This document shows positions 46,201 through 53,890 of a stretch of 64,000 bases of DNA, in pieces (within the stretch, counting starts at the first letter, position 1; each line of letters begins with the position of its first letter). The notes under the pieces were generated by a model. It searched no databases. It was not told the DNA's origin and was given only the letters and a program-made list of their open reading frames with translations. The translations under genes were made by a program, and so were the position numbers. Location: the NCBI GenBank assembly GCA_035463095.1, contig DATHTR010000046.1, positions 165-64,164 of the forward strand, in the 5' to 3' direction. The stretch comes from Candidatus Angelobacter sp. (GTDB lineage Bacteria; Chloroflexota; Limnocylindria; QHBO01).

Positions 46201-46687
46201 CACCGCGCAGGAGCGTCGTGACGGCGTCGAACAGCCGGAAGCGGGCGACGTCGGGATCGGTCTCGGTACCGTCGTCCTCGATTCCGGCACGTTCGGCGAG
46301 CTCAGGGATGACGCGAGCCACCTCGACCGCACCGAGGCCGAGGTGGCGCCGCAGGTCCGACGTGTCGGCCGCGCGCAGGTAGGCCCTGAGCACCTGGATC
46401 CATGGCCAGTAGGCGGCGGTCCCCGCGTCGGCCCAGCCGCGACCGGTGAGGACGAGGTGCCCGCGAGCCCGGGCCGTGGCAGCCAGCTCGGCCGCGAGAC
46501 GGCTCTTGCCGATTCCGGGGGCGCCGGAAAGGAGCGCCAGCCCGCCCCGTCCGGAGGCCGCCTCCTCCATCCACCCGCGAAGGACGGCCAGCTCGCGGTC
46601 GCGTCCGACGAACCCGGTCGCCGGCGACGGCTCGGTCACGCGCGGCTCCTGCTCGCTCCAGTGAGCGAAGCATAGGCCCGGCCGCAA
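43259..46687 (-). CDS. large STAND-type ATPase: N-terminal AAA_16 P-loop, long TPR-like array, unassigned ~200-aa C-terminal module (up to 1142 aa)
   Basis: FVGRDRELAVLRGW, Walker A GAPGIGKSRLAAE, Walker B LLVVLDDLHAAD, then about 650 aa of helical repeats. The start is uncertain (ATG 46687, or GTG 46639 preceded by AGGAG). Confidence 0.85.
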   Translation of the reverse strand: MRPGLCFAHWSEQEPRVTEPSPATGFVGRDRELAVLRGWMEEAASGRGGLALLSGAPGIGKSRLAAELAATARARGHLVLTGRGWADAGTAAYWPWIQVLRAYLRAADTSDLRRHLGLGAVEVARVIPELAERAGIEDDGTETDPDVARFRLFDAVTTLLRGAAERQPLLVVLDDLHAADTPSVELLRFLVSQLADAAILVIATYRELEITPDHPSAPMIDLLARDPNARPVVLGGLAAEDAGRLIATMVDSRPDASLVDALWRGTSGNPLFLGQAIQLLAAEGRLSSPGPTHELAVAVPREIRDVIVRRAAHLGDDAASILPRAALLGPEWDIDLLREIAEVDAPRVAALVQSAVAAGLLADLPATPGQFRFTHDLIRESLVSELTRDEQVALHRRIVTTLEALHADRLDPHMAALAHHAIAAVRGQGRGTGGRDAADPLAERAVEYAQRAGDQAARLTAFAEAARLYRAALSLDEGRRSDDDPRRLRLLLALGDVEARANNLTAARAVFSDAIDHARRTGSPVALAQAVLGYGGRLVWARAGSDHRTVPLLREALVMLGGADEPLRARLLVRLACAIRSDPDFQTQGSALSQQAVEIARKLGDSATLTYVLGGRAWAIWWPDNIEERMAIAHEMLALAEQADDPERSVDAHTMLCLSFIDQGRLDRARAELDEIARIAKRIGQPAQLWLSAAPRAVIELAVGNYAEAERLMASETAEGHPTTPAHDDVSAARMHRFLLARERGTIADEEASVRASVADFTWYPLHRAALANLLLDLGRDEEAAAVLEALAVDDFAVIHEDNEWLIGMTLAAEAAARLRMRDAASVLYRKLLPRAEAHAVGHPEGSMGSSSRYLGLLAAALDDDDAAVRHLDEAVRHNARMGLRPWTAHAQADLADALARRAAPGDAERVDQLRREAFVTARALGMTVLQRRLAGAGGTEPTPAATGASSIFRREGDYWTVRFGGTTSRVRDRRGMHHLARLLARPGREVHALDLAQPVRGVAATSRAVDAAADPSGGTGPLLDAEAKAAYRARIAELETDVAEAEAWNDPERAARGRAELHAITEQLAGAVGLGGRDRTASSNAERARISVTRAIRAAVEHLAEQNASLGDHLEATIHTGTFCAYRPDPRVGTPWELGAD

Positions 46688-46797
46688 GCACGTTCGTTCC
46701 GTGGCGCGTTCCGAGGTACTGCAAGGTCGTTCCCCCCGGTGTCACGCCTCCAGGACAGAGACGCCCACCACGGGCATCACCACCAGGAGAAGCACCG

Positions 46798-47109
46798 ATG
46801 TTCCTCGATCACACTCCCGCCGAGCAGCTCCGAGCCCCGTTCTCACGGCCGGTTGCCGCCGCCGTACTGGCGATGATGCTGACCGCCTTCATCCTGATCG
46901 CCGTGGTGATCGGCACGCTCGTCACCGGATCCCCCGCCGCGACGACCGAGGCCGGCGCCGTGACCGATGGCTGGCAGGCGTACCTCGGCGCCGCCGCTCC
47001 GGCCGCCGACACCAACCGCGCCGCCGACGGCTGGGCGTCCTACCTGCTGACGTCGACCGCCACGTCAGAAGTCACCGATGGCTGGCTGACGCGATTCGGC
47101 TCTCGCTGA
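46798..47109 (+). CDS. membrane-anchored small protein with three DGW repeats (103 aa)
   Basis: GGAGAA upstream of the ATG. TM VAAAVLAMMLTAFILIAVVIGTLV, then VTDGWQAYL, AADGWASYL and VTDGWLTRF. High GC3. Confidence 0.55.
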   Translation: MFLDHTPAEQLRAPFSRPVAAAVLAMMLTAFILIAVVIGTLVTGSPAATTEAGAVTDGWQAYLGAAAPAADTNRAADGWASYLLTSTATSEVTDGWLTRFGSR

Positions 47110-47213
47110 CCGATACCGCCCCTCGCACCGGCCGCCGGTTCGCCCGGCGGCCTTCCCCACGTCTCGCGCATCGCGACCATCGAGCTGTCACGAGCGGCGG
47201 GCACGATGGCCGC

Positions 47214-47486
47214 ATGAACCAGTCGCCGCGCCTCGTCAGCATCAACTTCCGGCTCGCGTCGGACGAGCTCGGGCTGGACGTCGCCATTCGCCTGCGAGAG
47301 CTGGGCGGACGGTGGCTGGCGGTCGCCGAATTCGACGGGGAGCCCGAGGTCGGGATCGGCGCCACCGCGCGGGCCGCCCTGGCGGCGTCGCTCACCACCC
47401 TGGGCAAGCGGGCAGCATCGGTCCTCCTGGCCGACCCGGAGCTCATGGGCGTCAGCGCGCGGATCGGGCGCCCCGTCTCGGCGTAG
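47214..47486 (+). CDS. hypothetical protein, HicB/UPF0150-like pattern (90 aa)
   Basis: ORF 46701 trimmed to ATG 47214. High GC3. GGRWLAVAEFDGEPEVGIGATARAALAASL resembles the HicB-like fold signature (weak, from memory). Confidence 0.5.
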   Translation: MNQSPRLVSINFRLASDELGLDVAIRLRELGGRWLAVAEFDGEPEVGIGATARAALAASLTTLGKRAASVLLADPELMGVSARIGRPVSA

Positions 47487-47496
47487 GCTGTGGGCC

Positions 47497-48165
47497 ATGA
47501 CCGGCGCGATGCGCGTGATCCTCGAGATCGGGAGGAAACGGCGCGTGGTGGCGGGAGCCACCGACTGGCCGGGCCTCGACCGCTGGGGAACCTCGGAGGA
47601 CGACGCGCTGGCCAGGCTGGCCACCTACCTCCCCCGATACGCCGGCGTGGCCGAACGCGCCGGCCTGGCCGATGCCTTCGCGTCCGAGCGTGAGATCGAG
47701 GTCGTCGAGCGCGTTCCCGGCTCGAGCTCGACCGATTACTTCGGCATCGCCCATGTCCCCTCGAAGCTGGAGGCCGGCATCCTCCCACCCGCGGCGCTCG
47801 AGCGTCGCCTCACCCTGCTCAGCGCGTGCTGGGCTTACTTCGACGCCACCGGCGGCCGCGTGTCTGGCGAGCTGCGGCTGGGCCCTCGGGGCGGCGGCTG
47901 GACACGCGACGAGATCATCCGCCACGTCATCGTGAACGAGCCCGAGCAGTTCACGCGCAAGGTCGAGGTGCGCACGCCCCGGGAGATCGTGGTGACGCCC
48001 GATGGCCTGGAGGCGCACCGCGCCGCCACCCTCGACGCCATCCGGGCCTACAACGCCGACGGCAGGTCAGCTCGTACCTGGCCGATCCAGTTCCTCATCC
48101 GGCGCATCGCGCACCACGTGATGGATCACGCCTGGGAGATGGAGGACCGGGACCAGACCGCCTGA
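47497..48165 (+). CDS. hypothetical protein with DinB-like C-terminal histidine motif (222 aa)
   Basis: Starts 10 nt after the previous stop. N-terminal RVILEIGRKRRVVAGATDWPGLDRWGTSEDDALARL. C-terminal IRRIAHHVMDHAWEM. Confidence 0.6.
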   Translation: MTGAMRVILEIGRKRRVVAGATDWPGLDRWGTSEDDALARLATYLPRYAGVAERAGLADAFASEREIEVVERVPGSSSTDYFGIAHVPSKLEAGILPPAALERRLTLLSACWAYFDATGGRVSGELRLGPRGGGWTRDEIIRHVIVNEPEQFTRKVEVRTPREIVVTPDGLEAHRAATLDAIRAYNADGRSARTWPIQFLIRRIAHHVMDHAWEMEDRDQTA

Positions 48166-48170
48166 GTCGG

Positions 48171-48614
48171 TCAGCCGCCGATGCGGATGTCGACGTCCAG
48201 GCCGAGCAGCGGGAAGACGATGAGCCAGGCGACGATCGGCACCATGAACAGGAGGATGCGTGCCACGCCGCGATCCGTCGGGGAGGCATGGGCCGCAGCC
48301 TTCTCGGAGAACGCGGCGAGGGCGACGACCGCGATCGCGATCAGGCCGCCGACGATGGCGCCGAAGAAGAGCATGGCGAGCACGCCGATCGCGGCCAGGA
48401 AGCCGCGGGCGACCGCGTCGCCGGTGGAGTCGGGCTCGCCGCGCATGCGCTTCGCATCCGCGGAGCCGATCAGCACGCCGACGAGCAGCGCGAACGGCCA
48501 GGCGAGCGCGGTGAATGGGCTGATGACCGCGGCCGACCCGGCCACCAGCAGGTGGACGGCGAGGCGCAGTGGGGCGAAGGTGGCCAGCGGCGCCGGCGCA
48601 GATTGCATGTTCAT
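48171..48614 (-). CDS. membrane protein, 4-5 TM (147 aa)
   Basis: ORF trimmed to ATG 48614 (GGAG 10 nt upstream). Hydrophobic throughout. Confidence 0.6.
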   Translation of the reverse strand: MNMQSAPAPLATFAPLRLAVHLLVAGSAAVISPFTALAWPFALLVGVLIGSADAKRMRGEPDSTGDAVARGFLAAIGVLAMLFFGAIVGGLIAIAVVALAAFSEKAAAHASPTDRGVARILLFMVPIVAWLIVFPLLGLDVDIRIGG

Positions 48615-48787
48615 GATCGCCAGTCTCCATCCGACGAGCGCGACCACCATCCGGCAAGCGTCGATCGACCGGATGCGTCATTCGTCCGCGGCGGGCTGTG
48701 GTGCGCCTTGACACCGGGCGGTATCGTGACGCTCCGTTCTCGCGTGCCCCGCGAGCCACCTGCACAGCGTGCCCGGGAAGATTGACC

Positions 48788-49090
48788 ATGGATGCACCGC
48801 TGCGCCATCCCAGGATCGGAGGCCGATTCGTCGCGTGGCTCGACGAGATCACGGGCAGGGCGCGGCGCCGCCGGCTCGAAGAAGAGCTCGTCCGTGCCGA
48901 TGCCGAGATCGCCCGCCTCCGAGCACTGCTGGCCGACGCCACTCGGCCGCCGACCCAGTTCGCGCGCATGCGCGAGCGCGAGGTCGCCGTTCGCCGACTG
49001 ACGCGCCTGCAGATCGCGCGACCGGCGCGGACCGATGCGCTGGCTCGTCAGTTGATCGGCGTCACCTCCGACTGGGCCGACCGCCCCTAG
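48788..49090 (+). CDS. hypothetical R/E-rich helical protein (100 aa)
   Basis: ORF 48698 trimmed to ATG 48788. Moderate GC3 bias. Coiled-coil-like RRRRLEEELVRADAEIARLRALL. No family recognised. Confidence 0.4.
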   Translation: MDAPLRHPRIGGRFVAWLDEITGRARRRRLEEELVRADAEIARLRALLADATRPPTQFARMREREVAVRRLTRLQIARPARTDALARQLIGVTSDWADRP

Positions 49091-50421
49091 CCTGGACCCA
49101 GGACGCCACCGCCCGCGCGCTTGGCGCTCTGCATGCGGTCGTCCGCGATGCGCTTGACCTGATGCAGCGACGTCGGAGCCCCGGGCAGCATCATGGCGAT
49201 GCCGATGGATGCTCCGACCTCGACGACGAGGGATTCTCCCCGGACCCGGACCGGCTTGAGGATGGTCGCGTGCAGGCGCCAGGCGAGACGTGAGGCGGTC
49301 TCGTCATCGGGCAGGTCCCGGAACAGGATGAGGAACTCGTCTCCGGCACGATTCTGCCGGCCGACGACGTCGGTACTCCGCACCGCGGCCGCGATCCGCA
49401 TGGCCACCGCGCGCAGCACGTCGTCGCCGACGTCGGAGCCATGGACCTTGTTCAGCTGGCCGAATCGGTCGAGGTCGATGAACAGGAGCGCATGCCGTCG
49501 GCCGTATCTCCGAGCCTCGTCGAGGGCGCTCTCGAGGAGCGGTTGGACGCCGGCGTCGTTGAGGAGGCCGGTCATCTGGTCGCGTCGCAGGGCCTCGCGG
49601 CGATCGTGGGCGTCCCACACGGCGAGGATCACGACGACGCACAGCACCGGGGCCCACCACGCGACGAGCAGGTACGTCACCGCCATCAGCCAGCCCAGGG
49701 CGACCTCCGCGGTCAGGGTCGCCCGCAGCGCGGTGGCTACGCTGCGGACCACGGTTCCGAACTCCGCACCGGACCGCATCGCCACGATCGGCAGCACGAG
49801 CACGAGGTTCATCGTGACGTAGCTCGCTGCCACCACGGCGCCGACGACCAGGGTGTGGACCGGATCGGTGCGGGCGAGCAGGTCGCCGAGGGCCCAGCTC
49901 ATGGTGTGGCCGACGATCCCGGCCGCCACGGCGACCAGCGCGGCGATGGCGTGGTTGGCGAGGATGCCGTACCACGGCGCGCGGCGGAACTCGCGCAGCT
50001 CGGTCAGCGAGATCACGCCCATCAATGCGCCGACGAGCGGCCCGCCGAGGATGGTCCCGGCGATGACGAACGGCATGTGGAACGTCACGACCGCTCCGCC
50101 GGCGAGCCCCTGCGAGCGCAGCGAGCCGGCGAAGCCGAACAGGATCCAGAACGCGATCCCGAAGCCGATGGCGGCATCGGGATTCGCGCTGGCGCGGTCG
50201 ACGGAGATCGTGGGCAACACCGGATACGCGTTCGCGACGAGGAGCAGGGCCACCAGCGCGGCGGCGACCAGCGCCAGGGCGTAGGAGATGAGCGCCGCCG
50301 GCGTTCCGACGCCGTCGAACGCGACGATCGGGGTGCCCGACCGCGGCCGCTGCGCCGGACCGACGGTCAGATCCGCGCTGCCCACGTCCAGCGCCGGCCG
50401 ACGGCCGTCAAGCTCCTGCAT
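49087..50421 (-). CDS. membrane-bound diguanylate cyclase (GGDEF domain with AGDEF active-site variant, 444 aa)
   Basis: ORF trimmed to ATG 50421 (MQELDGRR). About 8 TM, then ALLFIDLDRFGQLNKVHGSDVGDDVL...RAGDEFLILF. No RxxD I-site five residues upstream. Confidence 0.85.
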   Translation of the reverse strand: MQELDGRRPALDVGSADLTVGPAQRPRSGTPIVAFDGVGTPAALISYALALVAAALVALLLVANAYPVLPTISVDRASANPDAAIGFGIAFWILFGFAGSLRSQGLAGGAVVTFHMPFVIAGTILGGPLVGALMGVISLTELREFRRAPWYGILANHAIAALVAVAAGIVGHTMSWALGDLLARTDPVHTLVVGAVVAASYVTMNLVLVLPIVAMRSGAEFGTVVRSVATALRATLTAEVALGWLMAVTYLLVAWWAPVLCVVVILAVWDAHDRREALRRDQMTGLLNDAGVQPLLESALDEARRYGRRHALLFIDLDRFGQLNKVHGSDVGDDVLRAVAMRIAAAVRSTDVVGRQNRAGDEFLILFRDLPDDETASRLAWRLHATILKPVRVRGESLVVEVGASIGIAMMLPGAPTSLHQVKRIADDRMQSAKRAGGGVLGPG

Positions 50422-51460
50422 CGCGACGCCCCGGGTCGCCCGCGGCGGTGGCCGCGAGGGTTCGTTCGACGGCGCGGGCCGCGGCGTCGAGAACGGGAGC
50501 GACGTGCCGGACCAGTCCGGACTCGTCGCCGAAGAGGGTGAGGTTGGTTCCGTGGAGCACGCCGGATGCCGCCTCGACGATCCGGGGCGCCTGCTCCAGG
50601 GGCAGGATCTCGCGTCGCAGCGCCTGCTCGGCGCGTGGCCGCTCGAGCTCGTGCTCGACCCTGAGCGCATGAACCCGGTTCTTCACGGCCCGCATCTCGA
50701 GCTCCTGCTCGAGGACGGCGCGCTCGCGCTCGATGCGCAGGAGTCGGACCGGCGTCTCGGCTTCGACCTTCGCCTGCTGCGCCATCATCTCGGCGGCGAA
50801 CCGACCTTCGGAACGGCGGAGCGACGCTCGATCCGCCTCCAGCTGCTGCTCGTCGAGCCGCTCGCGCGAGGCCATCTCGGCCAGGCGGATCTCCTCGTCG
50901 GTCCGCACGTCCGACTGGCCGCTGCGGAGCCGAATGTCGTTGCGAACCTCGGCCTCGAGCTGATGACGCAGCTCCGCGTCGACGATGAAGACCTGCGCGA
51001 CCTGCGCGACCTCGACGGTCAGGCCCCAGTCATCGGCCGGGGCGGGCGGGTGGATGGTCGCGTCGAGCGCCGTGCGAATGGCGTCGGTCAGCGTGGTCTT
51101 CCGCTGCTCGATGCACTCGGTCATCGTCATGCGCGACACGGCGTCGCGCAGCTCACCCAGGCAGATGCGGGTGAGCAGCATGCTGATCTGCGACGTCTCG
51201 GACCCGCGGGCGAGATCGAAGGCACGGGACGCGACGATCGGGTCGGTGATGCGGTACACCACCAGGCCCTTGAAGCGCAGGGGGATGCCGTCCTTCGTCT
51301 CCTGGGTGAACTCGAAGGTGGCCTCCTGCTTCGTGCTGGGCACCAGCACGTGGACGGTTCCCGGCATCAGGAAGACCTGGGTTGCGGACCCGCGGTTCTC
51401 CAGCCTGCCGCCGCGGCCGGCGAGCAGGTACTGGTTCGGCATGGCTCGGACGAATGGCAT
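50408..51460 (-). CDS. SPFH/band-7 (flotillin-like) domain protein without obvious TM (350 aa)
   Basis: ORF trimmed to ATG 51460 (GGAGG 8 nt upstream; alternative ATG 51475). RFKGLVVYRITDPIVA..., then a long E/R/A-rich coiled coil. 14-nt overlap with the GGDEF gene. Confidence 0.8.
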   Translation of the reverse strand: MPFVRAMPNQYLLAGRGGRLENRGSATQVFLMPGTVHVLVPSTKQEATFEFTQETKDGIPLRFKGLVVYRITDPIVASRAFDLARGSETSQISMLLTRICLGELRDAVSRMTMTECIEQRKTTLTDAIRTALDATIHPPAPADDWGLTVEVAQVAQVFIVDAELRHQLEAEVRNDIRLRSGQSDVRTDEEIRLAEMASRERLDEQQLEADRASLRRSEGRFAAEMMAQQAKVEAETPVRLLRIERERAVLEQELEMRAVKNRVHALRVEHELERPRAEQALRREILPLEQAPRIVEAASGVLHGTNLTLFGDESGLVRHVAPVLDAAARAVERTLAATAAGDPGRRDAGA

Positions 51461-51661
51461 GCGCGTGACCTCCATCGGCAACCCGGTGAAGGAAGAGCCG
51501 ATCTCTACCCCCCGGCAGGTCACCCCCCAAGCGTCACACTTCGGCTCTAGCCCTGTCAGTCACCCAGAAGTACTAGTCGGCACGAAAAGGCATAGCCGCT
51601 TGTGGGCCAACACCGATGCGCGTCCCTGGACGCATGAGGTGCGCAGGAGGATGATCCGCGA

Positions 51662-51943
51662 ATGGAACCCATCCGCTTCCGCGCGAGGATCCGATTCTGG
51701 GACCCCGTGAAGGCAAAGGGTCTCGCCGTCGCCGACATTCCGGCGAATGAGATCCTCCGTCTCGGCGGGCTGATGCAGCAACGAGTCCGCGGAACGATCC
51801 AGGGCATCGAGTTCGCCTCGAGCGTCATGCCCGCTGGCGGCGGTCGCCTGGCCCTCAGCGTCAGCAAGGCGATGCTGGCGAGCGCTGCAGCCGCGATCGG
51901 CGACGAAGTCGCGGTCGAGATCTCGGCCGTCGGCCGCGACTGA
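51662..51943 (+). CDS. DUF1905 domain protein (93 aa)
   Basis: AGGAGG upstream. FRARIRFWDPVKAKGLAVADIPANE...VRGTIQGIEFASSVMPAGGGRLALSV...GDEVAVEI fits the DUF1905 pattern. Confidence 0.65.
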   Translation: MEPIRFRARIRFWDPVKAKGLAVADIPANEILRLGGLMQQRVRGTIQGIEFASSVMPAGGGRLALSVSKAMLASAAAAIGDEVAVEISAVGRD

Positions 51944-51960
51944 CGTCGACCGACTCCGGT

Positions 51961-52590
51961 CTAGCGGACGTCGCCCTCCCAGCGCTGGCGGTGCGGACCC
52001 CGGTCCACGTACGTGGCCCACTGACCGCGGCGATGCTTGATGAGCTCCTGGAGCTTCAGCATCCCGTAGATCAGACCTTCCGGTCGCGGCGGGCAGCCGG
52101 GAACGTAGACGTCGACGGGCAATAGGCGATCGATGCCTTGGACGACGCTGTAGCTGCGCTTGAAGCGGCCGCCCGACGTCGTGCAGGTCCCCATCGCGAC
52201 GCACCACTTCGGCTCCGCCATCTGCTCCCACAATCGGACCAGCGGGCCGGCCATCTTCGTGGTCAGCGTGCCGGCCACGATGAGGACGTCCGCCTGTCGC
52301 GGGCTCGCGCGCATCGGGAACATGCCGAAGCGGTCCATGTCATTGACGGAAGTGGCGCTGCTCATCATCTCGAAGGCGCAGCAGCTCAGGCCCGAGAGCA
52401 GCGGCCACAGCGAGTTGGCGCGAATCAGGTCCAGGATGTGATCGGCCTTTGCCGGGATGACTTCGAGCAGACCATGAAATCCGCCCTGCGGATGCTGATC
52501 CATGCCGAATGGGGCGAGGGGGTCACGGCCTGACGGACCGGCGATCAGGATTGGGTCGCCGTCGCCTTCGGACGGCACGGGATTGCGCAT
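51961..52590 (-). CDS. nuoB: NuoB-like (NADH-quinone oxidoreductase subunit B / complex I 20-kDa) Fe-S protein, solitary copy (209 aa)
   Basis: GGAGGAG 6 nt upstream. [62 protein letters not shown]. All four N2-cluster Cys positions are present. Confidence 0.85.
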   Translation of the reverse strand: MRNPVPSEGDGDPILIAGPSGRDPLAPFGMDQHPQGGFHGLLEVIPAKADHILDLIRANSLWPLLSGLSCCAFEMMSSATSVNDMDRFGMFPMRASPRQADVLIVAGTLTTKMAGPLVRLWEQMAEPKWCVAMGTCTTSGGRFKRSYSVVQGIDRLLPVDVYVPGCPPRPEGLIYGMLKLQELIKHRRGQWATYVDRGPHRQRWEGDVR

Positions 52591-52703
52591 GCTCGGCTCC
52601 TCCGCAAGCCTCCGCGGACGTCTCCGCTCACCGCATTATCCGGCCGGTGTCCATGGAGGGCGCGGGAGCCAGAGCGTCGGCGTGCGGGCGAAGGCCTCAC
52701 AGT

Positions 52704-53075
52704 TCAGGTGCTGGGGAGCGGCGCCTGCGGCGTGTACACCCAGAGGAGGCGGAGCGGCGTGATGCCCGTGTTGCGGTGCTGGTGGTGCACGCCCTTCGGC
52801 ACCCACATCGCCTGCCCCGGCCCGAACTCAGCCTCCTCCCCCTCCGAGACCAGGAGGCCGGACCCTTCGATCACGAGGTTGATCTCCTCGGAGTCGGGAT
52901 GGACGTGGTACGAGCTCGCTTCGCCCGGCTCGAAGATGGTGATGCCCGCCATGAATTCCTCCGAGCCGATCTCGGGAGAGACGAACCGGAACACCTTGCG
53001 CCGCATCCCCGGTTCGTCGAGCCCGATCCACAACTGCTCGGCATCCCGGAATGGGTCGATCAGCCGGACCTTCAC
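52704..53075 (-). CDS. cupin domain protein (123 aa)
   Basis: In-frame GTG at 53075 with AGGAGG 7 nt upstream and a GTGA overlap with the preceding stop. GEASSYHVHPDSEEINLVIEG and MWVPKGVHHQHRN. Confidence 0.75.
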   Translation of the reverse strand: MKVRLIDPFRDAEQLWIGLDEPGMRRKVFRFVSPEIGSEEFMAGITIFEPGEASSYHVHPDSEEINLVIEGSGLLVSEGEEAEFGPGQAMWVPKGVHHQHRNTGITPLRLLWVYTPQAPLPST

Positions 53076-53890
53076 TCGTCTGCCTCCTGGGTATCGAAGC
53101 CGGGGATGGCCACCCCGTCGTAGTCGGCGGCGGTGGGATCGATGGTTCGCATCGGCCGCTCTCGCGCCTGCTCCTCCACGTAGTGGGCGGCAAGCCCGAA
53201 GCTGCGCGCGATCGCGAAGAGGAAGTCGCCATAGGCCGGATCCAGCCGGAGCGAGGTCAGGGCCACGGCCAGCGCACCGTCGATGTTGACGGGGACAACC
53301 GTTCCGGTGTGCTGGCTGACGCGGGCGGCGAGGGCGCGCACGGCATCCTGGAGGCGGCCACCGGAACGTGCCGAGGCCACCTCCAGCAGTCGTTCCGCCC
53401 GACGATCGGAGTGGTGCCAGCGGTGGCCGATTCCCGGGAGGCGGCGGCCTGCCGCTCGCTCGGTCTCGAAGACATGCGTCGCCCACGCGTCGAGGTCACC
53501 ATCGGGGGGCGCGGTCGCGAGCACGCGCATCGCCCGGCTCACCACCGCGCCATGCAGCTCCCCGAACGCGAGGATGCCCCCGGCCAGCCCGCTCATCGGG
53601 GCGGCGCGGGTGGATGCGATGGTGCGCACCACGAGAGCCGACGGCGACAGTGGACCGTGGTCGACGGAGGCCACCAGGCAGGCGCCGAGGAGCTCAGCCT
53701 CGTCCTCGGTGGCGGCATCTCCTCTCCACAGCCGGAGCAGCATGGCCGGGAACGACTCGCGGCCGATGGCCTCGTCGAGCGCGACGCCGCGCACGTACAC
53801 CCGCTCGTCGGTGGTGGCGGTGATCGCCGTCGACCACGACTCCGCTCGATGGGCCTGGCCTGGAGGAGAGCCGCGGTGCGCCGAGCTCAT
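53072..53890 (-). CDS. citrate synthase-family short protein (citryl-CoA lyase-like, 272 aa)
   Basis: ATGA overlap with the upstream TPP gene. FGELHGAV and LPGIGHRWHHSDRRAERL correspond to the citrate synthase HG and GHR..DPR motifs. Confidence 0.8.
   Translation of the reverse strand: MSSAHRGSPPGQAHRAESWSTAITATTDERVYVRGVALDEAIGRESFPAMLLRLWRGDAATEDEAELLGACLVASVDHGPLSPSALVVRTIASTRAAPMSGLAGGILAFGELHGAVVSRAMRVLATAPPDGDLDAWATHVFETERAAGRRLPGIGHRWHHSDRRAERLLEVASARSGGRLQDAVRALAARVSQHTGTVVPVNIDGALAVALTSLRLDPAYGDFLFAIARSFGLAAHYVEEQARERPMRTIDPTAADYDGVAIPGFDTQEADE

Noticed and set aside
44018-46675. 885-aa plus-strand ORF opposite the STAND ATPase
   Set aside because: No motifs, extreme R/G/E/A/P composition, and fully antisense to a gene with clear Walker A/B and TPR structure.
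46695-46733. Three copies of CGTTCC in the STAND / DGW-protein spacer
   Set aside because: A 6-mer with irregular spacing (12 and 21 bp) is too short to distinguish from chance.
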